A program made the translations under genes and the position numbers. Below the pieces are notes generated by a model. That model was not told the DNA's origin. It ran no database searches and saw nothing but the letters and a program-made list of their open reading frames with translations. Source: Dicyema japonicum (Eukaryota > Animalia > Dicyemida). From it: 64,000 nucleotides of DNA. Positions within the stretch are counted from its first letter, which is position 1. Every line of letters starts with the position of its first letter. This document shows, in pieces, positions 27,400 to 39,318 of the stretch. The DNA is taken from the NCBI GenBank assembly GCA_011109175.1, contig RDEW01000002.1, forward strand, positions 748,676-812,675. Reading direction: 5' to 3'.

Positions 27400-27950
27400 T
27401 TAACAGAAATTATATTCTGATAATGTGGAAAATTGGATGCGTCTTTTTCTGAAATCTAAAAACCAAAAATGATCAGGTTTCAGGAAGACAGGTAGGGTTG
27501 TTATTGGGTGACCACGAAAAAGTGGAACGTCCGACGCAAAGTAATCTCTATGGCTACGTTTGGATGAGTCTCTAGGCCCAGATGAAGCATACGTACAACT
27601 AGACACCATCTTACCGTCAGGATCTCACGTGAAATCTCTGTGCTTTTCGATCACTTAAAAAAATGTCGGACGGCAATCTGGAGTGGTTGTAGAAGGTTAT
27701 GTGGCAGCTGATATTTGTGAACTATTCAGTTTTCAAGTTCATATCATTTGCAAGACCAAGTATTCACGTTGTATAAAAGTATGAGTTTCACATGAGCCTT
27801 TTTGGATGAATCAGGTTTTCCTGATCTTGACAATTACCAGTGTGTGTTCTAATACAGGAAAATCTCAGGACTCACTCTTTGTTTCGATCCGCCTGAAAGA
27901 AAAATTAGCCTGAACTCTTACTGCTGTTCTATCCTGTTAATTAATACTGT
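27400..27950 (-). mobile_element. RTE-clade LINE fragment
   Basis: FRGHPITTLPVFLKPD matches the GRPxTTLP motif of the other RTE copies. Confidence 0.45.
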
Positions 27951-28224
27951 CTCTAAGTGTAATTTGTATCTTTAATATCATCACAAAGATCTCTTTTTTT
28001 CCATGTACTAGAACAATGTTTTTAATCTTTTTTAAGTCAGCGTCCCCTTTTTGATACAATTTTGCAGCTTCAAAAATTTTACGCCCCCATAAGATTTTTA
28101 ATTTTTTCAATTGCGGAGATATTTTGTAGGATGATAATAAGCATTTTTAAGCATCTTCGAATTTTTTGTAAATATTTGATTAATCATAAGACGATTTTCA
28201 TAATTTATTTAATAAAACAAATGA

Positions 28225-29095
28225 ATAATTAATAATTAATTAACAGCCATCCATCCAAAGTCGATCCTGCCGACATTATCGACGTTGCGTTGCCTCTCAC
28301 GATTGCAACAAAGATCAACTGGAGAAGCCATCGGGTCTCACGTGCGTCGTGGCTTTTTATTGTAGCTAGGCGTCCAAGTTTCTTTACGAAGCGAAGCGAT
28401 TTTCCACGATTTTCCCAACCACAATCGGATAAAATGCGAATCGGTTGCATAGCGCTTCGTATTTCTCCTTTGCCCTCATCGTTTTTTCGCGGCATACAGT
28501 GTGTCAACCGCGCTCCCGACAATGTTGGACGGGCAAAGTGTGTCGACACAAGTAGCGTCCCAGACCAAAGGTTTCTCCTCTTCGAATAGGAAAATTGTAA
28601 TCCCTTTAGCACGTTTTCCGTCTCCTCTGTCCAGGCCAACAGGTTCAAGTATGGCGGGGTATCCCGCAGACTCCAGGGCTCGCTTGACAATTCCGTTGAT
28701 CACCTTGTGCCTTGAAAATCGTACTGCATTTCTTCGACAAGAGAGGGCATGGTTCCATAATAATCGACGGCATTTGTGAGTCCGGCACATCTCTAGTCTA
28801 AGTCTGGTGGAGATACCGATGCGGACAGTATCGTCATCAAGATGGTTCCCGACACTACCAACGGTGAGTGCATTGATCCAAGCGCCACTCGATTCGCATC
28901 TTCCAGTGACTAGATAGGCACGTGTGTGTTGGTTTGATTGGTTCAGTAACCTCTCATATTTATCCTCGCAGATGGTCCTGTAGCGGTCTTTCTGCTCAGG
29001 CATCATCCTTTTAAAATGCTCCACATCTGTGATTTCAGATGATTCTATTTGGGTTTGGAGAATCATCCTGATCAGCAGTCGGCTGGAGACCAAAG
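28225..29095 (-). mobile_element. CRE-clade non-LTR retrotransposon, C-terminal Zn-finger/RLE region
   Basis: ESSGAWINAL, GNHLDDDTVRIGISTRL, HALSC..RFSRHKVINGIVKRALESAG, EPVGLDRGDGKR, LVWDATCVDT and QLIFVAIVRGNA. Confidence 0.8.
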
Positions 29096-29224
29096 AGGAT
29101 AATAATTAAAAAAATCTTGATCCTGAGGTGTTTTAGCAGAATCCTCATTCAAGCAAAGTGATCCCTAGGACTTTTTCAGGGCAACCTGTTTTACGTGTTT
29201 CCATGATAACAAGCTTGCAATATT

Positions 29225-29543
29225 AATAATAACAGCCTTTTTACGAGAGCCATAATATTTATAGCTCCGCATAGGCAGGACACACACTTTATTTAAGTAA
29301 AGAACAGTTAATTTTAACTAATCCTAGAACCAAGGAATGATCTTCACTTCTTTTTTCTTGTGTGTGGGTTTTTTCTCTAGACAATCCAGTTCCGTAGTGA
29401 GTATCCACTGATGACGGCGTCACTCGTCAAACCCTTTCTGCATCGTAGATGCGTGGAACCTTCCACTAGGTGAACGGTAGCGAGAATCGAGTCCGTAACC
29501 TTAGCTCCTTTAGCCAGACACCTAGCCACTATGCCACCCGGCT
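29225..29543 (-). mobile_element. Family-2 tRNA-derived SINE (tRNA-Arg-like head)
   Basis: A-box TGGCATAGTGG (29526-29536), B-box-like GGACTCGATTCT (29483-29494), body shared with 56535-56865, (TTA)n-like tail. It interrupts the CRE element. Confidence 0.6.
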
Positions 29544-29779
29544 GGCATTATTAAAAAGAAAAATAGAATTACAAATTGAAAATTATGCAAACTATAACTC
29601 CATATTATTTAATAATTAAATAATATAAATTATTCAATAAGTATCAATAAATCACAGACTAAGTTAATTAATTATAACTCACATATCAAGGATCCAAAAT
29701 TGATAACTTCACACTTATTGGTGTTTAGAGTTAGGCAATAGGGATTCCAACTGGACTATCAGACTTTTCAAACAATTTA

Positions 29780-30190
29780 GTACATCCTTCGGATGGTCGC
29801 CCATAATGCAATCATCCAAATACCATACCTCAGACGAGTGGAACAATATCCTGTAATACAGGCAATTCCCAGGCTGAACAAGGCAGGCCACAGTGGGTCT
29901 CCTTGTTGGACTGCAGAAGATGATGGAATGTAATATTGGCCGTGTACCAGACTGTATGATTTTCCGTACGATCTATGAATATAGCTGTAGACTGATGGCT
30001 AATATGTGAAGAAATCTTCCAGAATTGTATCACGTCGTATCGAGTTGAAGGCATTTTAATGTCAATTTTGACGATCACGTGAGGAATGTTCTCGTTCTTT
30101 TTAGTGAATGTTCGGACAGCATGAACTGCCGCTTCACAACTCGCGGTGTGCCTTTTTTGCACTTTCTGCATGTTCTTTTCTGATTTTCCA
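29780..30190 (-). mobile_element. CRE-clade RT fragment (upstream part of the 28225-29095 element)
   Basis: ASCEAAVHAVRTF..IVKIDIK and frameshifted VQQGDPLW..FSL..YLDD motifs. Confidence 0.7.
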
Positions 30191-31479
30191 TTCTTTTTTC
30201 TTTTTCTTATCACCACAACAACCACAACGAACAATTGCGTAATAGTCGAAAAAATGGAATAAAAACAAAGAATAAAAACAAATGGTATTTTAACAATTAT
30301 CACACTTGCTCGCCATCCTGAGAAGGATTAACCACGCTGTCAGGACGCCGCATGACCTTTGTGTTTTTTAACGATAGTTTTTTTCAAAAAAATTATATAA
30401 TTAATTGAAAGATTAAACAATTTATTAAGTAACAAAAATCACAATAATCCATTACTTCTTTCCTCCTACTTTTCCAGAGGTGTAAAGCGATTGGCACAAC
30501 AATTTTTCTTAATAAACAATTTATTAATAATAATAATAATCCTTTATGTCTTCCTATAACCATCAAAGATGTGTATAATAAATTGTTTCAAAATAAACAT
30601 ATTAAAATCCCTCTAGTTAAACAAAAATTAAACATAGAATATTGACTAATTTTAATGGTCCAACCATATATAGTCATCATAATACCGAAATGCTCCTTGA
30701 CTTTATTGATTTAAAAATTATGTTTTGACATTTTTGACTGTATTGACAAAATTTCCCTAGTCATATTCAAATATGCCAGTATTAAAGCATTTATACGCTA
30801 TCATACTCCACCTGACATGATTAACAAATATTTGTTAAAGGCCTCCCCACGCATTCTATACAAATGTAGGTCTTAGAAAAGATTCTTAGCAGAGCGGACA
30901 ACTGGATTAAGGGTTTTTTTGTGAAAAATTAATAGAAAATTAAGAATGTTCAAAAATTTAAATGTCACATGGAGTATTTTTATTTTCCCTTAAAAAAATA
31001 CTATGCATTCCCGGTGGTGCTTTAATTCACAAATAGTAATGATGCTCTCCCTTAAGTCTACTAGACATTCACGGACATCTCCTGGGATCTTATCCGTTAA
31101 AAAGTTATAGATGCTGATGGGGTGGCTTTTCGAATCAAAAAGCTATATGAAACGATGCTCTTAACTGAAATCAAGCCTCAAACACCAAGGCAGACGGGGT
31201 CTGCCGTATGCCGGAAGCTTGTTGATTACGTCAGTAATACTCCTTGATAATTTTAAAGTATTACTCTAATGCATTTGTCCTCATACTCGACAAGCCACTC
31301 TTCTGGACAGCAAGTTCTAGTGCCCCTCTTGTGGACAACAAATACTATAAAGTTGATCGTTAGATGACAGTTCCCCTCTCGGGGTATGTCTTAGGTTTGA
31401 TGGATAACCACTTCTATACAATCAACTTGAACTACAAACAAGGTTGTCGTTCTACCATCTCTCATATGGATTTTCAAAA

Positions 31480-31760
31480 AATGCCGTCGAGACAAACAAG
31501 TTACAGCATATTTGATTCTCGTTTACATTCAGCTGGAAAATGATATTCATACAGGATGTGTAAATGGCTAACCTGATTTTGCTTCCTCTTAAGGTTATCT
31601 TTTCAATTAACTGCTTAGACTCTTTAATCATGTTTTTGCGTCTGCTCCAAATGAGCGTTATCAGATTGATCTAATCGAGCTCACATCCATGGAAGACCAA
31701 ACAATCGTAGATCCCAAGTTTGTATACAAAATAATTTTAGGGAATAGTGGAACGTTTCAA
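31480..31760 (+). mobile_element. Ginger/retroviral-type integrase remnant
   Basis: VFASAPNERYQIDLIELT resembles the start of a DDE integrase core. Confidence 0.4.
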
Positions 31761-31984
31761 TCATACGTTGACAAGATCAATATCTAAACTTATTGATGGG
31801 AATCAAAATTTAATAATTATAGAATCACTGATAAGAGTTAATGACGTTTCAACTATTTGCGAATCGGCTCATCATATTATTATTATTTATTTAAGGACTT
31901 CACGAGAGCCATAGTAATTAAAGCACCGCATGTGCAGCAAAAAAAACAAGGCTAGATGTCATCCTTTTCCATGCTCCCCTGTTC

Positions 31985-32230
31985 CTAGCCAAGGCTCTCA
32001 TGTTGTCCAGGTCGTCGGCATTTTTAGATTTCTTTTGATATTGACCAGGTCTTTTTGTAAAACTATTGGCAGTGTTGTTCTAGGTCTTTCACGATAGAGG
32101 CCTTTTTGACTAACATAGTATGTTTCCATAGATATGTTCAGTGGGGATGTTAATTCCATTCTCAGCACGTGTCCGAAGAGCTTCCATTTGGATTCCATCA
32201 TATTAATTATATTAATGGCGGTTTTTAATT
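31985..32230 (-). mobile_element. RTE-clade LINE 3' fragment
   Basis: SKWKLFGHVLRM..YRERPRTTLPIVLQKDL. Confidence 0.7.
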
Positions 32231-32589
32231 TGTAAATTATAATTTTGTAAAATCCTTTAATTTTAAGATACATCAATTGGGTGCGAATACCAATACTATC
32301 GACGGATGAATAGACGAATGGGTGTACATTGTAGGACGTACAATTATGCAATTGGAGATCAAGTTAAATTTTTGGTGTATTTAATTAATGTACGAATTGC
32401 AAAAGATCATGAAACTAACCCAGCATTGATGCTTAAAAATATTCTGATACTTGCGAAATAGTCTTTATCTTATCTAATTCACGTGTAGAGGTAATTTTCG
32501 AATGTATTATAGGTTGAATTTTTCTGATGAAGATCGGTTTTAATGTCAAGAATTAAAAAATAATTATTTTTTTATTATATTAAATAAAT

Positions 32590-33210
32590 TCTTTGTTAAA
32601 TGTAGCAATTGCAAGCTTTTTAGCAAGCACTTCGTACAGCTGTATGTCTACACCTCGGATTGCTGTTTGCACCAAATCGAAGTGCAAATGTGGCTGTCTA
32701 TCGGACGAACTGGGTCTCCACCTCCTCTCTTGCCGGAGCGGAATTGCAGATCTTCTCGACATTCGGCAATGAACGGCATCATTAAGAGGGCATTAGAATC
32801 GGCTGGATTCCGTTGCCGGATCGAACCGACTGGTCTATTTGACAACGGAAGACGCCCTGACGGCATGACCTCCTTTCCTTTTGAGCGAGGGAGAAACCTT
32901 GTATGGGATGTGACCTGTGTCTGCTCTTTCGCCCCAATCAAAAAAAATAATTCACGGGCAGACCTTCTTTCAAAGCAGAGGAAGTAAAAAATGCTAAATA
33001 TTCGGATATCAGCGACAGGTACATTTTCGCACCTGTCGCGATTGAAACTTCGGGGAACTTTGGCCTAAAACGCTGAAGTTCCTGAACCATTTGGGAAAAC
33101 TACTAACTGACAAAACTGGTGATCTTCGTGAGACGAGATGGCTTAAGGAGAGGCTCTCGTTGGCTGTTGTCCGTGGGAATAGCTTGTGCATCTCCCAACA
33201 GCTGAATTAA
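32590..33210 (+). mobile_element. CRE-clade LINE C-terminal fragment
   Basis: SRHSAMNGIIKRALESAG, EPTGLFDNGRRPDGMT, LVWDVTC, FAPVAIETSG and ERLSLAVVRGNS. Confidence 0.8.
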
Positions 33211-33889
33211 AATTAACTATTCTTTTTCCTTTTTCCTTATAAAATAAAACTATTAATTGCAAGCTTGTTATCATGGAAACACGTAAAAACAGGTTGCCCA
33301 TAGGCATCAAGCCACTCATGTGACATATTAGCATCTTCCCTCAATGGGCATGACTGCGGAACTTTTCGAGAATCTCCAAAGATGTATAAGATCTCCAAAG
33401 TTTTTTCAGGACGGTGAAACACTTAAATGGTCTCAATACTCAAAAGGAATGCCATAATGTCCGCCATTTAAAACGCTGTTCGTCAAACCATGCCAAGGAT
33501 TATTAAGTTTGTGAAGAATGGATATCTATAATCCAGATTGGATTTCAAAAACATGATCTCATACTAAATTTTGTAAAATAATATATGCTTGAAGAACTTG
33601 TATTTTATATTATCGATTTTTTATTAATATTTTTCTTTGATATAATCTGGTTAATGCTGCATATAGTCAATTGAATGAGCAGATAATGAAAATGGCAATT
33701 TAATCGAGGAGCTAATATTTTTCTCGCGAAACATTGAAGAATAACTGCTTACAACTGCAACCGACAGCTGCCATTTGTTCAATATTCAAAGTACCTCAGA
33801 GAACACATAATGCCTCTATTAACCACAGCCTAAGATGCGATGACGTCAAATTGTGAACTCAAGATTTTTTATACGCAAGAAAATTTTTA

Positions 33890-34380
33890 TTTATTTAACC
33901 CAAGACCACGGTAAAACAAAACTAATTTATCACGTGATCCGATGCATTTTAACAAAACCTCATCTTTGCCCGTCGTTCTTCCTTCGTGCCCGCGCATTGA
34001 ACGTACAGGACGGCTGCCTGAATTTTCAGGGCCAATTTTCCCGTGATCTGGAGTCAAGTCTCATAAGGGCGTCCAGAGGCGTAGGTCGGGTCGATGATCT
34101 TCACAAATCCAACGCTCCGTTACTCTGTAAGCCCTCTTTTGCATTTCCTCAATTTTCCTCATATTTGTCCAAGATATGGACGGACCCCACGTGGCGCATG
34201 CATATGAGAAACATGGCTCGATGTATTGTTTGTATACGTTCATCAAGACTGGGTGAGTACCACTCTTCCATATTCCCAATAAACTTTTCAATACGTTCAG
34301 TTTCTTCTCGCTGATCTGTGATTTCCTGTGCAAGTATGGAGGGCGCAGTCACTCCTATAAACAGAGCCATCAACAAAATA
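33890..34380 (-). mobile_element. RTE-like LINE 3' fragment
   Basis: VYKQYIEPCFSYACATW..IEEMQKRAYRVTERW; tail GGATCACGTGATAAATTAGTTT. Confidence 0.55.
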
Positions 34381-35049
34381 ATATTATTTCTACAGATGTG
34401 AAAATCCTATGAGTCTGAGTATATCACGTAAGAGTACAACAATGAGGTCCATGAAATGTTCTTACTAAGCCACGTTATTCCACATAAAAGAAGTGTTGTT
34501 CCATCTCTCAATCATTGTGTTCATAATCAGCATTTTTGAATCACATCCTTATCTTATCTATATTAAAGAAAATGGAACAATTAAAATTTATAGATGCCCT
34601 AAAACGGGACGATATTTGACTGCATATAGTGAGTTGAATGGACATCTCTAGGCGATTTTCTACTTAGATGGTACGAAAGGCGGTGAGTCGAGCTAATATT
34701 GATAAATGTTCATAAACAGTTTTTAAAGATTTGAATGCGAATAGTTAAGGTTTCTCTGCCTATATTACCCTATCACTTTCCTAAGTCTATCACTAAAATA
34801 ATCCATAGAAACGGGGATAAAACTTAAAATTAATTCCAAAGACCACTGTTAAACCGAAAAACTATGCCGCAGTCGCTTGGAAGATTTACATTGCAATTGG
34901 GAGAAAGCATTTCTTTTTAAGGTTAAAGGTTGCTGTTATTTAAAAAAAGTTCAACAGCAAATAAAATAAAATATTTTATTTTAAATAGTAAAAATTATAA
35001 TTATTAGAATAATTTAAAATATTTTAAAAGTTCCTCTAATTTTTATGTT

Positions 35050-35322
35050 TGCTTGTGTGTTCCTTTTCTCTCTTCCTATTAGAGTGGGGTCATGTGATCC
35101 ACCTGTTCAGGTGGCGCCCAGTGCCAGGCCGGCACGAAAAAGGATCATTTGCTCTCCTCCACTCCAGGAGGGGTTTCCCAACTGCAAGTATGGACGTCTT
35201 TTACCTTTTATGCTGATTCCGGATGGACTCTGTTTCTGCAGAAATGGAAACTGGATACACTTAATTAGTTGTTTACTTTAACTTTTTTCTCGGTGTATCC
35301 GGGGTTAAAAATAATAATAAAT
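35050..35322 (+). repeat. Family-1 element, copy E (core 35086-35147) with LINE-like tail and (TAA)n
   Basis: Compensatory stems TGATCC/GGATCA, CACC/GGTG and GTGCC/GGCAC; ends GGATACACTTAATTAGTT..AATAATAATAA. Confidence 0.65.
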
Positions 35323-35379
35323 CTAACAATTCTTGTCAAACAGTCCCAGCCATGAGGCGACGAGTCCTTCTGGCACAGT

Positions 35380-35640
35380 ACACTAGTTGAAAAGGATCTT
35401 CCTACTTTCTACCTGACCAAATCCTCTTGTGGAGATTACATTATGAAAACTATTCCGACGAAGAATGAAGTGATGTCCGTGATAGTAAGACGTAAAATGG
35501 AAGAGGACGGACCTACTTCTCCACCTCTCTTTTGAAGCTGGAGCCTGTAATGTACTATTGGAAGTTCGATTTGGTTGGCACAAGTAGATGTTCTCCTTTG
35601 GGTTCTTTCCTTGGATTAAATAGTTGTGACATGCAAATTG
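35380..35640 (+). mobile_element. LINE 3'-end fragment, homologous to 42325-42610 (-)
   Basis: Shared ATTATGAAAACTATT..AAGAATGAAGTGATGTC..GGAGCCTGTAATG. Confidence 0.5.
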
Positions 35641-36029
35641 CTGACTGAAGACCTTTAGGAGCATCAGTTCTGAAAAGTGGAATTTTCCTGAGTGTTCTTT
35701 GGACGTCAGTGAGAGTTCTCTGGAGGTGCCACTGGTTAGTAGACTGAGTAAATTGGGTGAATAGGCTCAAGAGATTGTGGTAAAAGTTTAAACTCCAATT
35801 TCAAGGTGATAAACGACAGGATTTTCGACGCGTATAACTTTCTCTTGGCTTTGGTACAAAGTTTTTAACTTGTTAGGTAAAACACAGACGGGTCAAATGC
35901 AACTCCGAGTATTTTCAGATGTTTGTTTGCTGGAAAAAATTTATGATGAAATTTTCTGACGTCTGAAAACTGAGACGAATACAGATTTAGTTTTAATCAT
36001 TGATGCGCGGTAGACACACTGTATGCAGC

Positions 36030-36200
36030 GGAAAAAAACTATGAGGGCAAAGGAGAAGTACGAAGCGCTACGAGACCGATTCGCATTTTATCCGATTGTG
36101 GTTGAGACAACTGGTGGAATAAGTAAAAAATCGATCGCTTCCTAAAGAAACTTGGACGCTTAGCTACACTAAAAAGCCACGACGCACGTGAGACGCGGTT
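36030..36200 (-). mobile_element. CRE-clade LINE 3' fragment
   Basis: Near-identical to 28320-28470 (RVSRASWLF.VA.RPSFF). Confidence 0.65.
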
Positions 36201-36599
36201 CTTAATTATTTCCATTAATAAAATCATTGATGAAATTGTCATTATTACCACACACCAAATATAAAGATTTACATAAAGTGGGTTTCTTCCGTTGTGATTT
36301 CTTGTTTCTGGTCGACTCCTTCGAAAAAGAGTAGCAATCGCTGCTCATTCGTATGAAAACGTATGATTTCCCATGAGTGTGTTTATCTTTTTATTAATAT
36401 TATTAATTTTGTTTTTTGGTTTAAATATATTTAAAATTAATTGTTTAAAATGACAACTAATTTATTGTAAGGCCTTTATTCGAAATACTTGATTTGACTA
36501 AAAAATAAATGAAAGGCTTTCACCTCTTAGAAGAGTTATCGATCGCTCACTTTTCAGCTTCTTCTTCTCTCACATGATCGTCATATCATTACCAATGTG

Positions 36600-37060
36600 T
36601 GTCGCGAGCCCCACCAGGTGGTTGGATTCAGACGTGAACCATTCCATGTCTGTACTTGGCAATCATATTTTCAAGCATCTTTTCGACATAACTAATTGAT
36701 TATATATCCCATGGGAAAGCGGTGGATACCTTTCTGGGACGCCACATGTGTGGATAGCCTCTCTCCTTCCAACCTTGTAACGACAGCAACTAACCCAGGC
36801 TCTGATTCGGAGAAGGCTGAGACTTTAAAGTTGAGGAAATACACATGTATGGCTGGACAGTTCATTTTTTAACCAGTTGCCGTGGAAACGTCAGGAATCA
36901 TAGGAAACAGGTCATTGGTCCTGCTAAACACTGTATATGGCTCGTCGAGAGGAAAAAATATATAGGAGAAAAAGGAACTGGCTCATTGATCGCATTTCCT
37001 TGCAAATCGTCAGGAGAAATGCGGTCTCAATTATGAGAGCAGCCAGTAGTTGTTAACAGT
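36600..37060 (+). mobile_element. CRE-clade LINE C-terminal fragment
   Basis: WDATCVDSLSPSNL..AETLKLRKY..PVAVETSGIIG. Confidence 0.65.
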
Positions 37061-37269
37061 TAATTTTTGCGTTAAATAATGGTATTTATTAAAAAAATTC
37101 AATATATTAACACATCAATAGAAATAACAGTATCAATGTTTAATTTATCTAATAAAAATTTTAGTCGTATGTACGCACGTATAGGAATTTGTCCATTCCT
37201 ATATTTTGCTTCCATACTCGTCGTATACCTAATATTGAATGTTTAACTCCTTAAAAAAATAAACAAAAT

Positions 37270-37440
37270 TATTCAATTAATTCAAGTCTGGAAATATGTA
37301 TTCTTTCTATAATGTCGCCTCCATTTTCAGGTTCTATGGAATAAATCGGATAATTTTGCTCTACTACACAGTATTTCGCAGTATCCAAACCTTTATATAG
37401 TGGATACCTCTGTAAATTGGCATCGTTATCCATTCTACAA
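37270..37440 (-). mobile_element. Integrase C-terminal (GPY/F-SH3-like) remnant
   Basis: PLYKGLDTAKYCVVEQNYPIYSIE..IHISRLEL. Confidence 0.3.
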
Positions 37441-37863
37441 TTTTTAATTTATTACCTCAATACAACGTAATTTCCGATTTTTATATGATTTTCGTCATAT
37501 TTCCATTTTTGGTTATTAGATTCTTATACGCTTCGTCATGCATTTAATAATTTGTCGTCTTCACGCAACAAAAGTGTGTTTATTTCTTCATCTGAATGGA
37601 CGGGCGGATACTATGCCCCATAAAAGATAATATGGATTAATTTTAGTCGTCTAATGGATGGTATTAATTGAATCTTTATTTTAAAAAGAAAATATTACTG
37701 TTCTACTTGGCCTTGTATCCATGGAGTCAGTTAAGTAAGTTATTTACTAAATGGAGTCAGTTTGTGCAGTGCTCTATAAAGACAATTAATATAATAACCG
37801 ACACAATTCTAAAAGATACACTATTGCTTTTATATTTATTGAATAGAAATAAGACAATAGAAA

Positions 37864-39318
37864 TTAGAATCGTTTATCATCAAAAATGTCATCAATTCTA
37901 TCAAATAATTGGTCGACAAGTTCAGTCTGTTCGTCATATCGAGATGATGACAACAGTTTATCAAATATAAGATCCAAATCACCATTTCCCGCCAATAATT
38001 CCTTGTCTTCTGAAACTCCCATCATTGGTTGTCTTTCCCGATTTCTCAGTTCCACTGACATAACGTCTAACTCACTAGTATGATCACTCGTAGCGTCCAC
38101 TAAATAACCAAAAAATCCACACCAATTGGTTCATATCTCTGGTCGTTCATGCTGGAGACATTCAATCTTTCAATTATATTATCCAATGAGTCTAATCTGT
38201 CTTCTTCTTCCCGGTCGACAACTCCCAACAGGTTGATAGTTTGTTTATAGAAATGAGTACCGAAAATCTTAAGTTCCTTGTTTCCAATCTACATATAACT
38301 TCAACCCACCTTGTCGGATAAGTCCACCAGTCTTTTACTATGATAAAGCAACTGAAAGTAGTCTTCCCGGAAATTCAAGCATATGATTAGCCCAGCAGTT
38401 ACATGTGCCAGTTCCTTTTCCTTCTTTGATATTTTTGATGAGTCGATAAACATTTTATAGCGTCTATATTTAGGCCCATTTGCCTAAATGAATCCCCATT
38501 CAAGCGATAAACCCTCCCCAAAATGTGGGGATTTTCCATAGTAAGTACATTGATTCCTTTTACAGAATCAATGGCTTTACTAGGCATCCCCAAATTTTGG
38601 AGACAAATCCCGATGTCGATAGCAGCATTTGCCATCTCCATCTTATCCTCCAAAAATTGAGCCTCTTTGAGTCTCTTCAATAATCAAATAGACTAACCAG
38701 TGTTTGGAAGTGGTATGCCTTGTTGTAATCACCCCTTAAATAGTAGCATATCCCCATCAAATTAGAAGCTCGCCCCTTCTCAAGAACACCGAAAGGGCTG
38801 TTGTAGTACTTACTAAAACTCAGATATAGATATACGAGAAATAGTCAATGGCACAATCAACGTGTTTCAATCTATTTTTCTTAGACTTTGAATTTTTTGC
38901 CAGTTTGTAGTGAATATAACCCAGCATATAGAATGAACGACCCTGCACTTAACTGAGGACTATACTTTGCATTCAAATTCTTTCGAGGCAATCTTTAGGT
39001 ATTGTTCGGCAACCGAATACTCCTGCATTTTCATAAGGACTGTTCCAATGTTGAGACAGGCTTGTGCCTCTCCTTTACTATCCTTGTTTTTTCTATTATT
39101 AAAACATTTCCTGACTTTCTTTGGACGTGTTCTCTGTTAAAATATACTAACGCCTCATTACAATTTCCCATCAAAAGTTTGACTCCCCCAACTGTCTGTA
39201 AACGGACTGCCATCTTTGGATCCACACTGTCCCTGATTACGATCAATTTGTCAAACGCCTCTTCTAGTTTGTTATTCTGAATGAGAGTTTGTGCTTCCAA
39301 AATAGCATGCATTGTCAT
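37864..39318 (-). CDS. GPSM2: Pins/LGN/AGS3-like TPR + GoLoco protein; six introns of 21-23 nt; one apparent 1-nt deletion in an A-run near 38435
   Basis: Introns at 39083-39105, 38943-38965, 38813-38835, 38675-38697, 38289-38309 and 38100-38122. TPRs DSKGEAQACLNIG, GRSFYMLG and KGRASNLMG..TL|RLKEAQFLEDK align with LGN repeats. GoLoco-like IIERLNVSSMNDQR and FDKLLSSSRYDEQT. Confidence 0.8.

Noticed and set aside
29400-29440. Hammerhead-like CTGATGA..AAAC
   Set aside because: There is no GAAA after stem II and no NUH/stem I closure, and the core is not conserved in the homologous copy at 56640-56680.
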